Shown: in pieces, positions 7,953 through 15,939 of the stretch
Numbering within the stretch: position 1 is the stretch's first letter
Layout of the letters: the number at the start of each line of letters is the position of its first letter
Virus record (IMG/VR): IMGVR_UViG_3300038321_000073
Coordinates: 1-27,862 of that record
Strand: one strand, 5' to 3'
DNA: 27,862 nt
Source of the DNA: a virus
Taxonomy: Duplodnaviria; Caudoviricetes
Position numbers and translations under genes: made by a program
Notes under the pieces: model-generated
Seen by the model: only the letters and a program-made list of their open reading frames with translations
What the model was told of the DNA's origin: nothing
Databases searched by the model: none

Positions 7953-9656
7953 TTGGCAATAAATGCAAAGCAGGTATTAGGCAATTTATCTAAGGCTGTA
8001 CCTGTTTTTAATTTTGGGCAGGATAAAAAGGAGTTTGAAGATAGCAACGGTGATGAAATTGAGATATCCTTAACTCCTATAAAATATTTTGGGACAGGAA
8101 AAGTTTTTCCGATTCCAGAACATAGAGCAAGAATAGACAGATATAAAAGAAATAAAAAGCTATTTAAAGGTGAAAATTTTGAGGTATTTAAAGACTTTGA
8201 CGGAACAAAATATCAAAGAGATCTCCTGTATGTATCTGTAAATATTGCAGGTATTATATGTAAGAAATCCGCAGACTTCCTTTTTGGCGAGGAAGTGCAG
8301 GTTAAGGCAGGTAATGGTGACAGTACACCGGAGCAGGAAGCTCTTGACAGATTTGTGAAGGATAATGATTTAAACATTTTGACATATGAATCCGCTTTAG
8401 CTAATGCTTACAGAGGTGATAGTTTTGTAAAAGTAAGATATGGACAGGAGTACGGCGGAGAATTGTCACAGCAGTTAGATCCAGCGAAGGTCATTATAGA
8501 ACCGGTGAATCCGGAACATGTATTTCCTGAAGCTTCTGTCTATAACAAGAATCAGATTGTAGCTTATCACATAGCTGTACCTGTATTGGTTGATGTTGAT
8601 GGTGAAGAAGCTTGGCAACTTTTCATTGAATCTCACTATGCAGGTAGAATCGAATATCGTGTCTATAATTTGGAAGTATCAGAAGAAAGGTACTTTGGGG
8701 GGTATGCTGAAATATCTCAGTGGAAGATTTTAGATGAAGTTATAGAAGGTAGATCAGTTGTCTATACAGGAGTACCTATTCCTCTTGTAGTGCATATTCC
8801 TAACTTTGGTACAGATGATACTTGGGAAGGATTGGACGACATTTCAGAACACGTAGCTTTGTTAGATGAAATTAATAATAGGTTGACGCAGATTGCTGAT
8901 ATACTAGACAAACACGCTGATCCTGCTATGGCTGTACCGTCAGGAACTTTGGGAGAAGATGAAGAAGGTAATCCAGAGTTTAGGGTGGCACAAGACAAGG
9001 TATTTGAGGTGACGGGCAAGGATGATGTTATTCCACAGTACATCACATGGAATGGACAGCTTCAGCACGCTTTTATGGAGTTAGATAAACTTGTGGACTT
9101 GCTGTTGACTACCGCCGAGATTCCTGCTGTAGCTGTTGGTCGAGGAGATAGTGGTACTTCTGGAACGTCTGGCCTAGCTATAAAGTGGAGAATGAACAGT
9201 CTGCTGGCAAAGATAAATAGAAAAAGACAGTATTATGCAAAAGGTTTAAAACAGATATTTACTATTGCTCAATTGTTAGAAGGTGCTGTAGGAAAGATGG
9301 ATTATGAATTTACAGTACCACAATTAATATTCCATGATGGACTTCCAAAGGACGATTCAGAGGAAGCTACTGTAATGAATATTAGAACCGGTGGAGCAAA
9401 AACAATAAGTCAAAAGACAGCTATTATGAGGATGGAGAATATGACTGGGGAGCAAGCTGAGATTGAAATACAACGGATTAATGACGAAGCTGAACAGGCT
9501 AAGGAAAGAGCTATGACTGTTGATAGTTCAATCTTTAATGAGGAGGATTTGGAGGACTATCGCCGTAAGGACACAGAAAAGAACGCTGAAGGAAATCCAA
9601 TAACAGATGAAGCCGATAAAGATTTAGATAAAACAGGAGCTAAAAAAGAGGAATAA
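7953..9656 (+). CDS. Portal protein (SPP1 gp6-like)
   Basis: Follows terL; KSADFLFGE, ILDKHADP, SGTSGLAIKWR motifs; acidic C-terminus. Confidence 0.92.
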   Translation: MAINAKQVLGNLSKAVPVFNFGQDKKEFEDSNGDEIEISLTPIKYFGTGKVFPIPEHRARIDRYKRNKKLFKGENFEVFKDFDGTKYQRDLLYVSVNIAGIICKKSADFLFGEEVQVKAGNGDSTPEQEALDRFVKDNDLNILTYESALANAYRGDSFVKVRYGQEYGGELSQQLDPAKVIIEPVNPEHVFPEASVYNKNQIVAYHIAVPVLVDVDGEEAWQLFIESHYAGRIEYRVYNLEVSEERYFGGYAEISQWKILDEVIEGRSVVYTGVPIPLVVHIPNFGTDDTWEGLDDISEHVALLDEINNRLTQIADILDKHADPAMAVPSGTLGEDEEGNPEFRVAQDKVFEVTGKDDVIPQYITWNGQLQHAFMELDKLVDLLLTTAEIPAVAVGRGDSGTSGTSGLAIKWRMNSLLAKINRKRQYYAKGLKQIFTIAQLLEGAVGKMDYEFTVPQLIFHDGLPKDDSEEATVMNIRTGGAKTISQKTAIMRMENMTGEQAEIEIQRINDEAEQAKERAMTVDSSIFNEEDLEDYRRKDTEKNAEGNPITDEADKDLDKTGAKKEE

Positions 9657-9659
9657 AAA

Positions 9660-9693
9660 AACAGGATGGCTTGGACAGCTTTCCTGTTCTTTC
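9660..9693. terminator. Terminator hairpin after the portal gene, possibly bidirectional
   Basis: AACAGGA-T-GGCT/AGCT-T-TCCTGTT imperfect stem with flanking A- and T-rich tracts. Confidence 0.55.
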
Positions 9694-9713
9694 GTTATTA
9701 TATTTAAGCTTTC

Positions 9714-9776
9714 ACAAATAGTGGAGTCATTTCATGTGAAGTCTTTTTAATATTTACAAATAGTGGTGTCATTTCA
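9714..9776 (+). repeat. 21-bp direct repeat x2, 42-bp period
   Basis: ACAAATAGTGG(A/T)GTCATTTCA at 9714-9734 and 9756-9776. Confidence 0.9.
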
Positions 9777-9996
9777 GATGGTTCAACTTTTTTCGGTTCA
9801 ATAGGCACATGGGGATAGTTGTATTTTCGTCTACTGTTAATGGTTGCCAGATCATAAGATATAGTGCTCGCTGTTTTGCATTGCTTATTGTTGACGGTGC
9901 GACATTATATTTTTTTGCTAATTCTTTTTCAGTTTCTCCGTTTTGTAGTCTTTTATAAATTTCTAAGCAATCTTCGTCTGATAGTTTTCTAGTCAT
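9769..9996 (-). CDS. Small standalone HTH DNA-binding protein (moron-like)
   Basis: KLSDEDCLEIY...EKELAKKYNVAPSTISNAK; RBS GAGGTG; own promoter. Confidence 0.85.
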   Translation of the reverse strand: MTRKLSDEDCLEIYKRLQNGETEKELAKKYNVAPSTISNAKQRALYLMIWQPLTVDENTTIPMCLLNRKKLNHLK

Positions 9997-10040
9997 ATAT
10001 ACTTCACCTCACTTAAAAATAGTAATTTACTGTAAGGACA

Positions 10041-10069
10041 ATCATAGCATGGATCTTTACAAATGTCAA
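10041..10069 (-). promoter_or_regulatory. Leftward sigmaA promoter for the HTH gene
   Basis: Minus strand TTGACA-N17-TATGAT with TG extension. Confidence 0.85.
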
Positions 10070-10087
10070 TGAAAGAAGGGAAAATTT

Positions 10088-11017
10088 TTGAGTATAAATC
10101 CTAGACCTTTAATAATCAGAAGCAATGCTCGAGTAATACGAGTATTTCAAAATGCTTACAATGACTTGTATAAAAAGTTGAGCAATGCTTTAAGTTATAA
10201 AAGTAATCCTGAATTTACTGTTATCTCCCTCTATCTTGTAAATAAATTTGTTGAGGATAGAATACAAGAACTTGATACAGACCTTGAGGGTACTATAACT
10301 GAGGAAAATGAGACTTTATATTATATCGGTTATGGACTGTGTTTGATGGCTCTCTATGATTCTATTGGAAAGAAATATACTACAGCTTCAATCCTCAGAG
10401 AAGTATCGGAAACTGTCAGTCGAGATAGTGTCTTGAAGTTGAGAAATGTGACTATGAAGGATTTGCTGTCTGTGACAAGAAACACCGAGTATGCTCTGAA
10501 AAGACTTATCCGAGATACCATGTCAAAACATCTAACTGTTAAGGCTATGAGAAATTCTGGAAGGGAAGATTTGGCACAGCAGTTAATAAAAGAACTACAG
10601 GGACAGGCTCTTAAAAAAGGAATTAGAGCTGAGATGATTGCCATTGTCGATAAGGCCGGCAGAAGGTGGAAACTGGATAACTATGTAAGAATGGTGACAA
10701 GAACAAAAGCTCAGGAAGTAGTAGTTTCCGGAATTAAGGATTATGTAGTGGAACATGATGGACATGGAGATTTAGCACGAATCCCGTTTAATCCTTTGAC
10801 AAATGATCCTTGCCTACCTTTTCAAGGCTTAATCATTTCTATGACAGGAGCTACACATGGATATAGAACTTATGATGATTTGCGAGCTACCGGACATATC
10901 TTTCATCCTAATTGCCGTCATACACCTATTCCTTATTGGAGTTTAGATGATATACCCGAAGAACGATTAAAAAAGCACAAAAAACAAGAAAAAGCTGTAA
11001 ATAAGGCTTTAAATTAA
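10088..11017 (+). CDS. Minor capsid/head morphogenesis protein (Phage_min_cap2 / SPP1 gp7-like)
   Basis: DKAGRRWKLDNYVRMVTRT and FHPNCRH motifs; position after portal. Confidence 0.9.
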   Translation: MSINPRPLIIRSNARVIRVFQNAYNDLYKKLSNALSYKSNPEFTVISLYLVNKFVEDRIQELDTDLEGTITEENETLYYIGYGLCLMALYDSIGKKYTTASILREVSETVSRDSVLKLRNVTMKDLLSVTRNTEYALKRLIRDTMSKHLTVKAMRNSGREDLAQQLIKELQGQALKKGIRAEMIAIVDKAGRRWKLDNYVRMVTRTKAQEVVVSGIKDYVVEHDGHGDLARIPFNPLTNDPCLPFQGLIISMTGATHGYRTYDDLRATGHIFHPNCRHTPIPYWSLDDIPEERLKKHKKQEKAVNKALN

Positions 11018-11060
11018 AAAGATGGGTATATATTTTGGAAACAGCTAGAACCAGTATAAT

Positions 11061-11179
11061 GAAATAGTGTAAAATGCTGGCTTGCACTATTTCCCTTTTC
11101 CCTTCTAAGTATATGGACAGGTTTAATCGCCTGTCTTTTCTTAACGAAGGGAGCAGGTAAAAAATGTATACAAAAGGGA
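11061..11179 (+). ncRNA. Candidate structured cis-regulatory leader of the scaffold gene
   Basis: Hairpin 11061-11072/11082-11093; long hairpin 11099-11152 with inner GGACAGG/CCTGTCT; TCCCTTTT (11092-11099) complementary to AAAAGGGA (11172-11179) at the RBS. Confidence 0.5.
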
Positions 11180-11191
11180 GAGGATAAATAA

Positions 11192-11785
11192 ATGGCGGTT
11201 GAAGAAGAAAACAAACAGCAAGAACAGGAACAAAAAGAAAATCCGGTTCAGGAAACAGAAGAAAAAAAGGAAACATCTGAACAAACAGAACAACATGAGG
11301 ATAAGGATTCCATTTTAAAAAGTCTTGTAGATAAGATAGCTAGTTTAGAGGAAAAGTTAAAAGCACCTGAAAAACCTAAAGAGGAGGAAAAACCTAAAAC
11401 ACCTGAAAAAGAGGAAAAAGCAGATAATAAGAATTTAGACGGATTTGAAGATGAACTTAAACTGATAAAAGATGAAATTAAAAAGAAGGATAAGGTTGTA
11501 TCGGATTATGAGGGAGTTCTTCAGACGTTGATAGATTCAAAATTGGATGGTGTTTCCGACGATTTAAAGGCTTTAATTCCAGAAAGTTTGAATGTGAAGG
11601 AACGCTTGGACTGGATAATAAAGGCCGAGAAAGCAGGGATATTCGGACAGGGTTCTAAAGGTTCTATCGAGATAGGTAAACCACTTAATCCGAAGGACAC
11701 TAAACAACACGTAGATGATTCTAAATTGTCTGCAAGTGCTAAGATGGCACTGGCTTATGGAAGTTCCAAAAAGAAATCAAAATAA
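11192..11785 (+). CDS. Capsid scaffolding protein
   Basis: Highly charged E/K/Q N-terminus, coiled coil, LIPE..ERLDWI..A...GIFG motif; directly upstream of the major capsid gene. Confidence 0.85.
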   Translation: MAVEEENKQQEQEQKENPVQETEEKKETSEQTEQHEDKDSILKSLVDKIASLEEKLKAPEKPKEEEKPKTPEKEEKADNKNLDGFEDELKLIKDEIKKKDKVVSDYEGVLQTLIDSKLDGVSDDLKALIPESLNVKERLDWIIKAEKAGIFGQGSKGSIEIGKPLNPKDTKQHVDDSKLSASAKMALAYGSSKKKSK

Positions 11786-11850
11786 ATAATAACTTAATGA
11801 CCTGAAATAAGGTCTTTTTTATTGTAAAAAATTATAAAGGAGGAAATTAA

Positions 11851-12738
11851 ATGGCAGTAACACTCGCTGAAAGTGCAAAACTTTCACAGGATATGTTACA
11901 GAAAGGCGTAATCGAGACAATGGTTGAAAGTTCCGCAGTTCTTCAGGTACTACCTTTCATGGAAGTAGTTGGAAATGCTTATACTTACAATCAAGTAACC
12001 ACTTTGCCTGATGTAGCTTTCAGAGATGTAAATGAAGGATATACCGAAAGTGCTTCTTCATTCGTACAGCAAACAGCTTCATTGGTTATGCTTGGTGGAG
12101 ATGTTGACGTAGATAAATTTATAGTAGAAACAAGAGGTAACATAAACGATCAGAGGGCAATACAGACCGAGCTAAAAGCAAAGGCTGTAGCACAGACATT
12201 TACTTCTACGTTCTTCTATGGCGACAAAGCTAGTAACTCTAAGTCTTTTGATGGGTTGGCTAAGTTCGTATCCGGTACACAGGATTTTGCTGTTGCTGAT
12301 ACAACTAGTGGAGCTTTGACTTTGGCTGACTTGAACAAATTAGTTGACGCTGTTCCTTATGGTGCAGACGCTATATTTGTTTCCAGAAGTGCTAGAAGAA
12401 TCATATTGAATCTGTTACAGGCTTCACAGCATTATTTAGAAATTGGACAGGATATATTTGGTAAACCTGTTTCTCTTTATGCTGGAATTCCTTTGCTTGT
12501 AGTAGAAGATGATATACTTCCAGCTCAGGGAATAGATGGAGCAGACGGATATGATATCTTTGCTGTAAAATTCGGTGCTATGAGTGATGTTTCTGGTATA
12601 CAGAATGGTGGCGTTCGAGTAACTGATATCGGCGAACTTGAAACTAAGCCAGTATACAGAACTAGAATCGAATGGTACTGTGGACTTGCTGTATTCAATC
12701 CTAAGTCTGTAGCAAGACTCAAGGGTATAAAAGCGTAA
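11851..12738 (+). CDS. Major capsid protein (HK97 fold, epsilon15 gp7-like)
   Basis: MAVTLAESAKL, LPDVAFRDVNEGY, GGDVDVD, FDGL, RTRIEWYCGLAV..PKSVARLKGI; strong RBS. Confidence 0.93.
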   Translation: MAVTLAESAKLSQDMLQKGVIETMVESSAVLQVLPFMEVVGNAYTYNQVTTLPDVAFRDVNEGYTESASSFVQQTASLVMLGGDVDVDKFIVETRGNINDQRAIQTELKAKAVAQTFTSTFFYGDKASNSKSFDGLAKFVSGTQDFAVADTTSGALTLADLNKLVDAVPYGADAIFVSRSARRIILNLLQASQHYLEIGQDIFGKPVSLYAGIPLLVVEDDILPAQGIDGADGYDIFAVKFGAMSDVSGIQNGGVRVTDIGELETKPVYRTRIEWYCGLAVFNPKSVARLKGIKA

Positions 12739-12747
12739 TTAATCATT

Positions 12748-12794
12748 TGAGAGGAATGAGGAGCTAAATTCCTCTTTCTCTCTTATTTTTTTTT
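12748..12794 (+). terminator. Terminator after the major capsid gene
   Basis: AGAGGAAT/ATTCCTCT stem, pyrimidine/T tract. Confidence 0.6.
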
Positions 12795-12827
12795 CGGCAA
12801 TAAAAGGGGAAAGGAGGTAAACAGCTA

Positions 12828-13064
12828 GTGGCAAAAATAAAGGTACTATACGGACAACCTATAAATGCTTGGCTAGGCGGTAAATTATTTAATAAAGGTG
12901 TTGCTATCTTTGATAATGAAGAAGAAGGAAAAAAGTTTGCAAAAAGATATTTCTTTAAATATGAGGTTATTAAAGAAGCGGAATCAAAACCTAAAAGAAA
13001 AACCTCCTCGACAAGCAAGAAAAAGGCTAATGTTAGTTCAAGGAGTGTGAGAAAGAGTGGATAG
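12828..13064 (+). CDS. Small basic head-associated protein
   Basis: RBS AGGAGG, GTG start, Lys-rich tail; typical slot after the major capsid gene. Confidence 0.75.
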   Translation: MAKIKVLYGQPINAWLGGKLFNKGVAIFDNEEEGKKFAKRYFFKYEVIKEAESKPKRKTSSTSKKKANVSSRSVRKSG

Positions 13065-13494
13065 TCAGACTTTTGATAATGTTACTTCCTATATTACAGA
13101 GAATATCTATCATTCCAGTGTTTGGGATGAAGCAGATGAAACTAACAGGCAAAAAGCAGTTAGCAACAGTATAGAAACTCTACTTGCTTACCTTCCAAAA
13201 TATTTCACAAGTGAAGCTGACATTCCTATCAATGTTCTATCACAACAGACTATCTGGCTTATGCGAATTGATGATACCTTCCTACGTGCTGAAATGGGTG
13301 TTACTTATATACAAATGGCAGGTGTAATGTTAAATATTTCTGACAAGGATAGAAGTATAGCACCTTATGTACTTGATTATTTGGGGATTTCTCCTGATTC
13401 TACAACTGGTGGATTACCTAAAAGAAAGGTAGCTCATTATACTCATAGACATATTGGTACATCAGAAAGCTTGTATAGAAGGGAGCAATTATAA
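13057..13494 (+). CDS. Head-tail adaptor (putative)
   Basis: Synteny; helical, 145 aa; overlaps neighbouring genes. Confidence 0.7.
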   Translation: MDSQTFDNVTSYITENIYHSSVWDEADETNRQKAVSNSIETLLAYLPKYFTSEADIPINVLSQQTIWLMRIDDTFLRAEMGVTYIQMAGVMLNISDKDRSIAPYVLDYLGISPDSTTGGLPKRKVAHYTHRHIGTSESLYRREQL

Positions 13495-13850
13495 TGTTGG
13501 GAATAATACCAATGTATGATAAAGCTTCTATTTACAGTCAAGCTTCGACAAAGGATTCATGGGGACAACCTTCTCAATCTGCTACTCCTACCTATGCAAA
13601 TTTAAAATGTTTTATCAATTATAATACTGACTTAACTCAAATATATGCAATTAATGGTGTAATGACTACAATGTCTGCTACTGTAATATTTCATGGATTG
13701 GTAGATGTACGGAATGGAGATTGGATTGGATTTGAAACAGCTTTGGGAGTAATCAAAAAATATCAGGTTGTAGATGTATTTTTCTTTAGAGACTATGCAG
13801 GTAAAATAATCGCTACACGTGCTGTAATCGGAAATGGAAGTAGATCATAA
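13494..13850 (+). CDS. Head closure/stopper (putative)
   Basis: DSWGQP motif, beta-rich, synteny, TAATG coupling. Confidence 0.72.
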   Translation: MLGIIPMYDKASIYSQASTKDSWGQPSQSATPTYANLKCFINYNTDLTQIYAINGVMTTMSATVIFHGLVDVRNGDWIGFETALGVIKKYQVVDVFFFRDYAGKIIATRAVIGNGSRS

Positions 13851-14317
13851 TGTCAATACATTTTGATATAAAGTTTGAAAACTTCCGAACTTTTAAAAAT
13901 TCAGATGAAGTGTTGTTCAAAGCTGTAGAAAAGGCCATGACCGATATAAAAGATGATATTGTCGATACTTCTTCTTCTCTAGCACCACATAAAACAGGTA
14001 AGTTGGAAAAATCTCATATTGTCAAAAAAACTGTAATACCTTTACACAGAGTTAGTTTTGAGATAGCTTATAGAGCTTTTAATAAAGGTTTTAATTATGC
14101 TTGGTGGACACATGAGGAAAAATATAATTTAGGGTTAGGATCACAACAGAAGCAGCAACAGTACCATAAGAAAGGTAAATTTAGTAATAAGGTTTTTCGT
14201 GTAGGCCGATATTACTTGGATAATGCTACAGATGGTGTTGAACAAAACGGCGGTAAATATATTGAAAAAGAAATGAAGAAAAGTGTTGCTGAATATTTTG
14301 CAAAAGGAAGGGATTAG
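13850..14317 (+). CDS. HK97 gp10-like tail completion protein
   Basis: APHKTGKLEKS and NYAWWTHE motifs. Confidence 0.82.
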   Translation: MSIHFDIKFENFRTFKNSDEVLFKAVEKAMTDIKDDIVDTSSSLAPHKTGKLEKSHIVKKTVIPLHRVSFEIAYRAFNKGFNYAWWTHEEKYNLGLGSQQKQQQYHKKGKFSNKVFRVGRYYLDNATDGVEQNGGKYIEKEMKKSVAEYFAKGRD

Positions 14318-14338
14318 CAGGGGAGGTGTGAGTATTAG

Positions 14339-14719
14339 TTGAGATTGATTCAAATTGTAGATATGTTAAATAGCTTGTTTGAAGATGTTGCTTTTTATCC
14401 TTTACAATTCCCTTATAACACAGAGGGAACAAGTAATGAAGCAGTTGTTGATGTTGTGAACGGAGATTCCAGAGGTAAAAGTAAAACAGATGATTTGCAA
14501 GAAATAAATATACAGATTATGACTAGAAGTAAACACCCTTCTACAGCAGAAGAACTCGCTAATACTTTTATTACTGAACTCCATAACAAAACAAATATAA
14601 CAAGTGACGGAAATCGGGTTATCTTGATTCAAGCTCAAAATTCCAATCCGTTTTATAACGGACAGGACGAAGATAACTTTTATATATATACCACAGATTT
14701 TAGGCTTTTGGTTGAGTAA
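14339..14719 (+). CDS. Tail terminator (Minor_capsid_3-like)
   Basis: IQIMTRS, PFYNGQDEDN.YIYTTDF; directly before the major tail gene. Confidence 0.8.
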   Translation: MRLIQIVDMLNSLFEDVAFYPLQFPYNTEGTSNEAVVDVVNGDSRGKSKTDDLQEINIQIMTRSKHPSTAEELANTFITELHNKTNITSDGNRVILIQAQNSNPFYNGQDEDNFYIYTTDFRLLVE

Positions 14720-14753
14720 CCAAAGGTCATTTTTATTTAAAGGAGGAGATTAA

Positions 14754-15182
14754 ATGGCAAAGGTAGCAGGCGTTGATGTGCTTCTTAAAATTGTATCAGG
14801 AGGAACGTCAACAGCTTTAGGTGGACAAACTGGTGCTACTCTGAATCGTTCTGCAAATACAATAGATACTACCGACAAAAACTCCAATGGCTGGGCAGAA
14901 AGTATGGCAGGTGTAAAGTCATGGTCTATTGACTGCGATATGTTTGTAAGTCTTGGAGATACAGCTTTAGAAGCTCTTTTTACAGCTTTTGACGCTAGAA
15001 CTCCTGTAGAAGTAGAAATCAGAGTTGGTGGAGATTCAGAAGCAACAGGCTACACCTATACAGGTTCAGCGGTTATCACAGATTTTCCTGAAGATTACCC
15101 ACAAGATGACGCTGTAAGCATAAGTATGAGTTTGCAGGGAGCTTCACCATTGGTTAGAACTGTAGGAGCAGTTACACCTTAA
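14754..15182 (+). CDS. Major tail tube protein, TP901-1 family
   Basis: GVDVLL, GGQTGATLNRSANTIDTTDK, GVKSWSIDCD motifs. Confidence 0.92.
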   Translation: MAKVAGVDVLLKIVSGGTSTALGGQTGATLNRSANTIDTTDKNSNGWAESMAGVKSWSIDCDMFVSLGDTALEALFTAFDARTPVEVEIRVGGDSEATGYTYTGSAVITDFPEDYPQDDAVSISMSLQGASPLVRTVGAVTP

Positions 15183-15262
15183 TATAGAAAATAATCGGCT
15201 TTGGCGGTTGTGCTAGAAACAATCGTCTATAAATTTTTAAAAGGGAAAAGGAGTGTTAATTA

Positions 15263-15547
15263 ATGGCAAAACCTTCAAAAATAGTAACAATAAATTTAGA
15301 TAAGGAAAGACATTTAAGATTTAATCTTAACTCATTAATTCTTGTTGAAGATTTGACAGGAAAGAAGATGGCAGAGTTTTCAGATGAAAAAGCTATGTCA
15401 TTAAAAGTTCTCAGGGCTTTGTTATTCGCAGGGCTTAAATGGGAGGACAAAGATTTAACTGAAGAACAAGTTGGAGAATTTGTCGAAATGAGTAATATGA
15501 AAGAAGTCAATAAAAAATTGGAAGAAGCTATGCAAGGTTTAAACTAA
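15263..15547 (+). CDS. Tail assembly chaperone (gpG-like)
   Basis: LDKERHLRFNLNSL, LTEEQVGE motifs; between major tail and tape measure genes. Confidence 0.88.
   Translation: MAKPSKIVTINLDKERHLRFNLNSLILVEDLTGKKMAEFSDEKAMSLKVLRALLFAGLKWEDKDLTEEQVGEFVEMSNMKEVNKKLEEAMQGLN
15538..15544 (+). other. Programmed -1 frameshift slippery heptamer T TTA AAC
   Basis: X XXY YYZ immediately before the gpG stop; the -1 frame is open into ORF 15577-15873. Confidence 0.85.
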
Positions 15548-15873
15548 TCAGCGGTTTAACTTGGGATGAAATTTACATGTATGGACTAGCTTACTGTCGG
15601 TTAGATTTTGATTACATGATGGATATAGATTTGAGTGTTATTAGCAGATTAATAAAGGCTGAAATTGATAAAGAAGCTCATGAGCGAGATATTGATATGA
15701 GAATGTTATCATGGCAAACAGCCTATCTTATGAACGCTACTGGACATTTCAAACACCCTATTAAACCGGAAAGATTATACAAGCCTGTAGAGAGTGAAAA
15801 ACATTCTCGCAAATTAAATAAAGGCAGTGTTGATAAAGAAAGAGAGAAGCTGAAAAAGCGGTTTAATTTATAG
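15544..15873 (+). CDS. Tail assembly chaperone frameshift extension (gpT-like)
   Basis: -1 frame reads LISGLTWDEIY then the listed 98-aa ORF; no strong RBS of its own. Confidence 0.8.
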   Translation, partial: LISGLTWDEIYMYGLAYCRLDFDYMMDIDLSVISRLIKAEIDKEAHERDIDMRMLSWQTAYLMNATGHFKHPIKPERLYKPVESEKHSRKLNKGSVDKEREKLKKRFNL

Positions 15874-15878
15874 AAAAA

Positions 15879-15920
15879 TGGGAGGTTTGTAAATTGTTTT
15901 ACAGGCTTCTCCTTATTTTT
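15879..15920 (+). terminator. Terminator-like hairpin before the tape measure gene
   Basis: GGGAGGTTTGTAAA/TTTACAGGCTTCTC stem with G-U pairs, then T-rich tract. Confidence 0.55.
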
Positions 15921-15939
15921 ATCGAAAGGAGGAAATTAA

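Noticed and set aside
9714-9776. CRISPR array
   Set aside because: Only two 21-bp repeats, a 21-bp spacer, no palindrome and no cas genes; kept as a plain direct repeat
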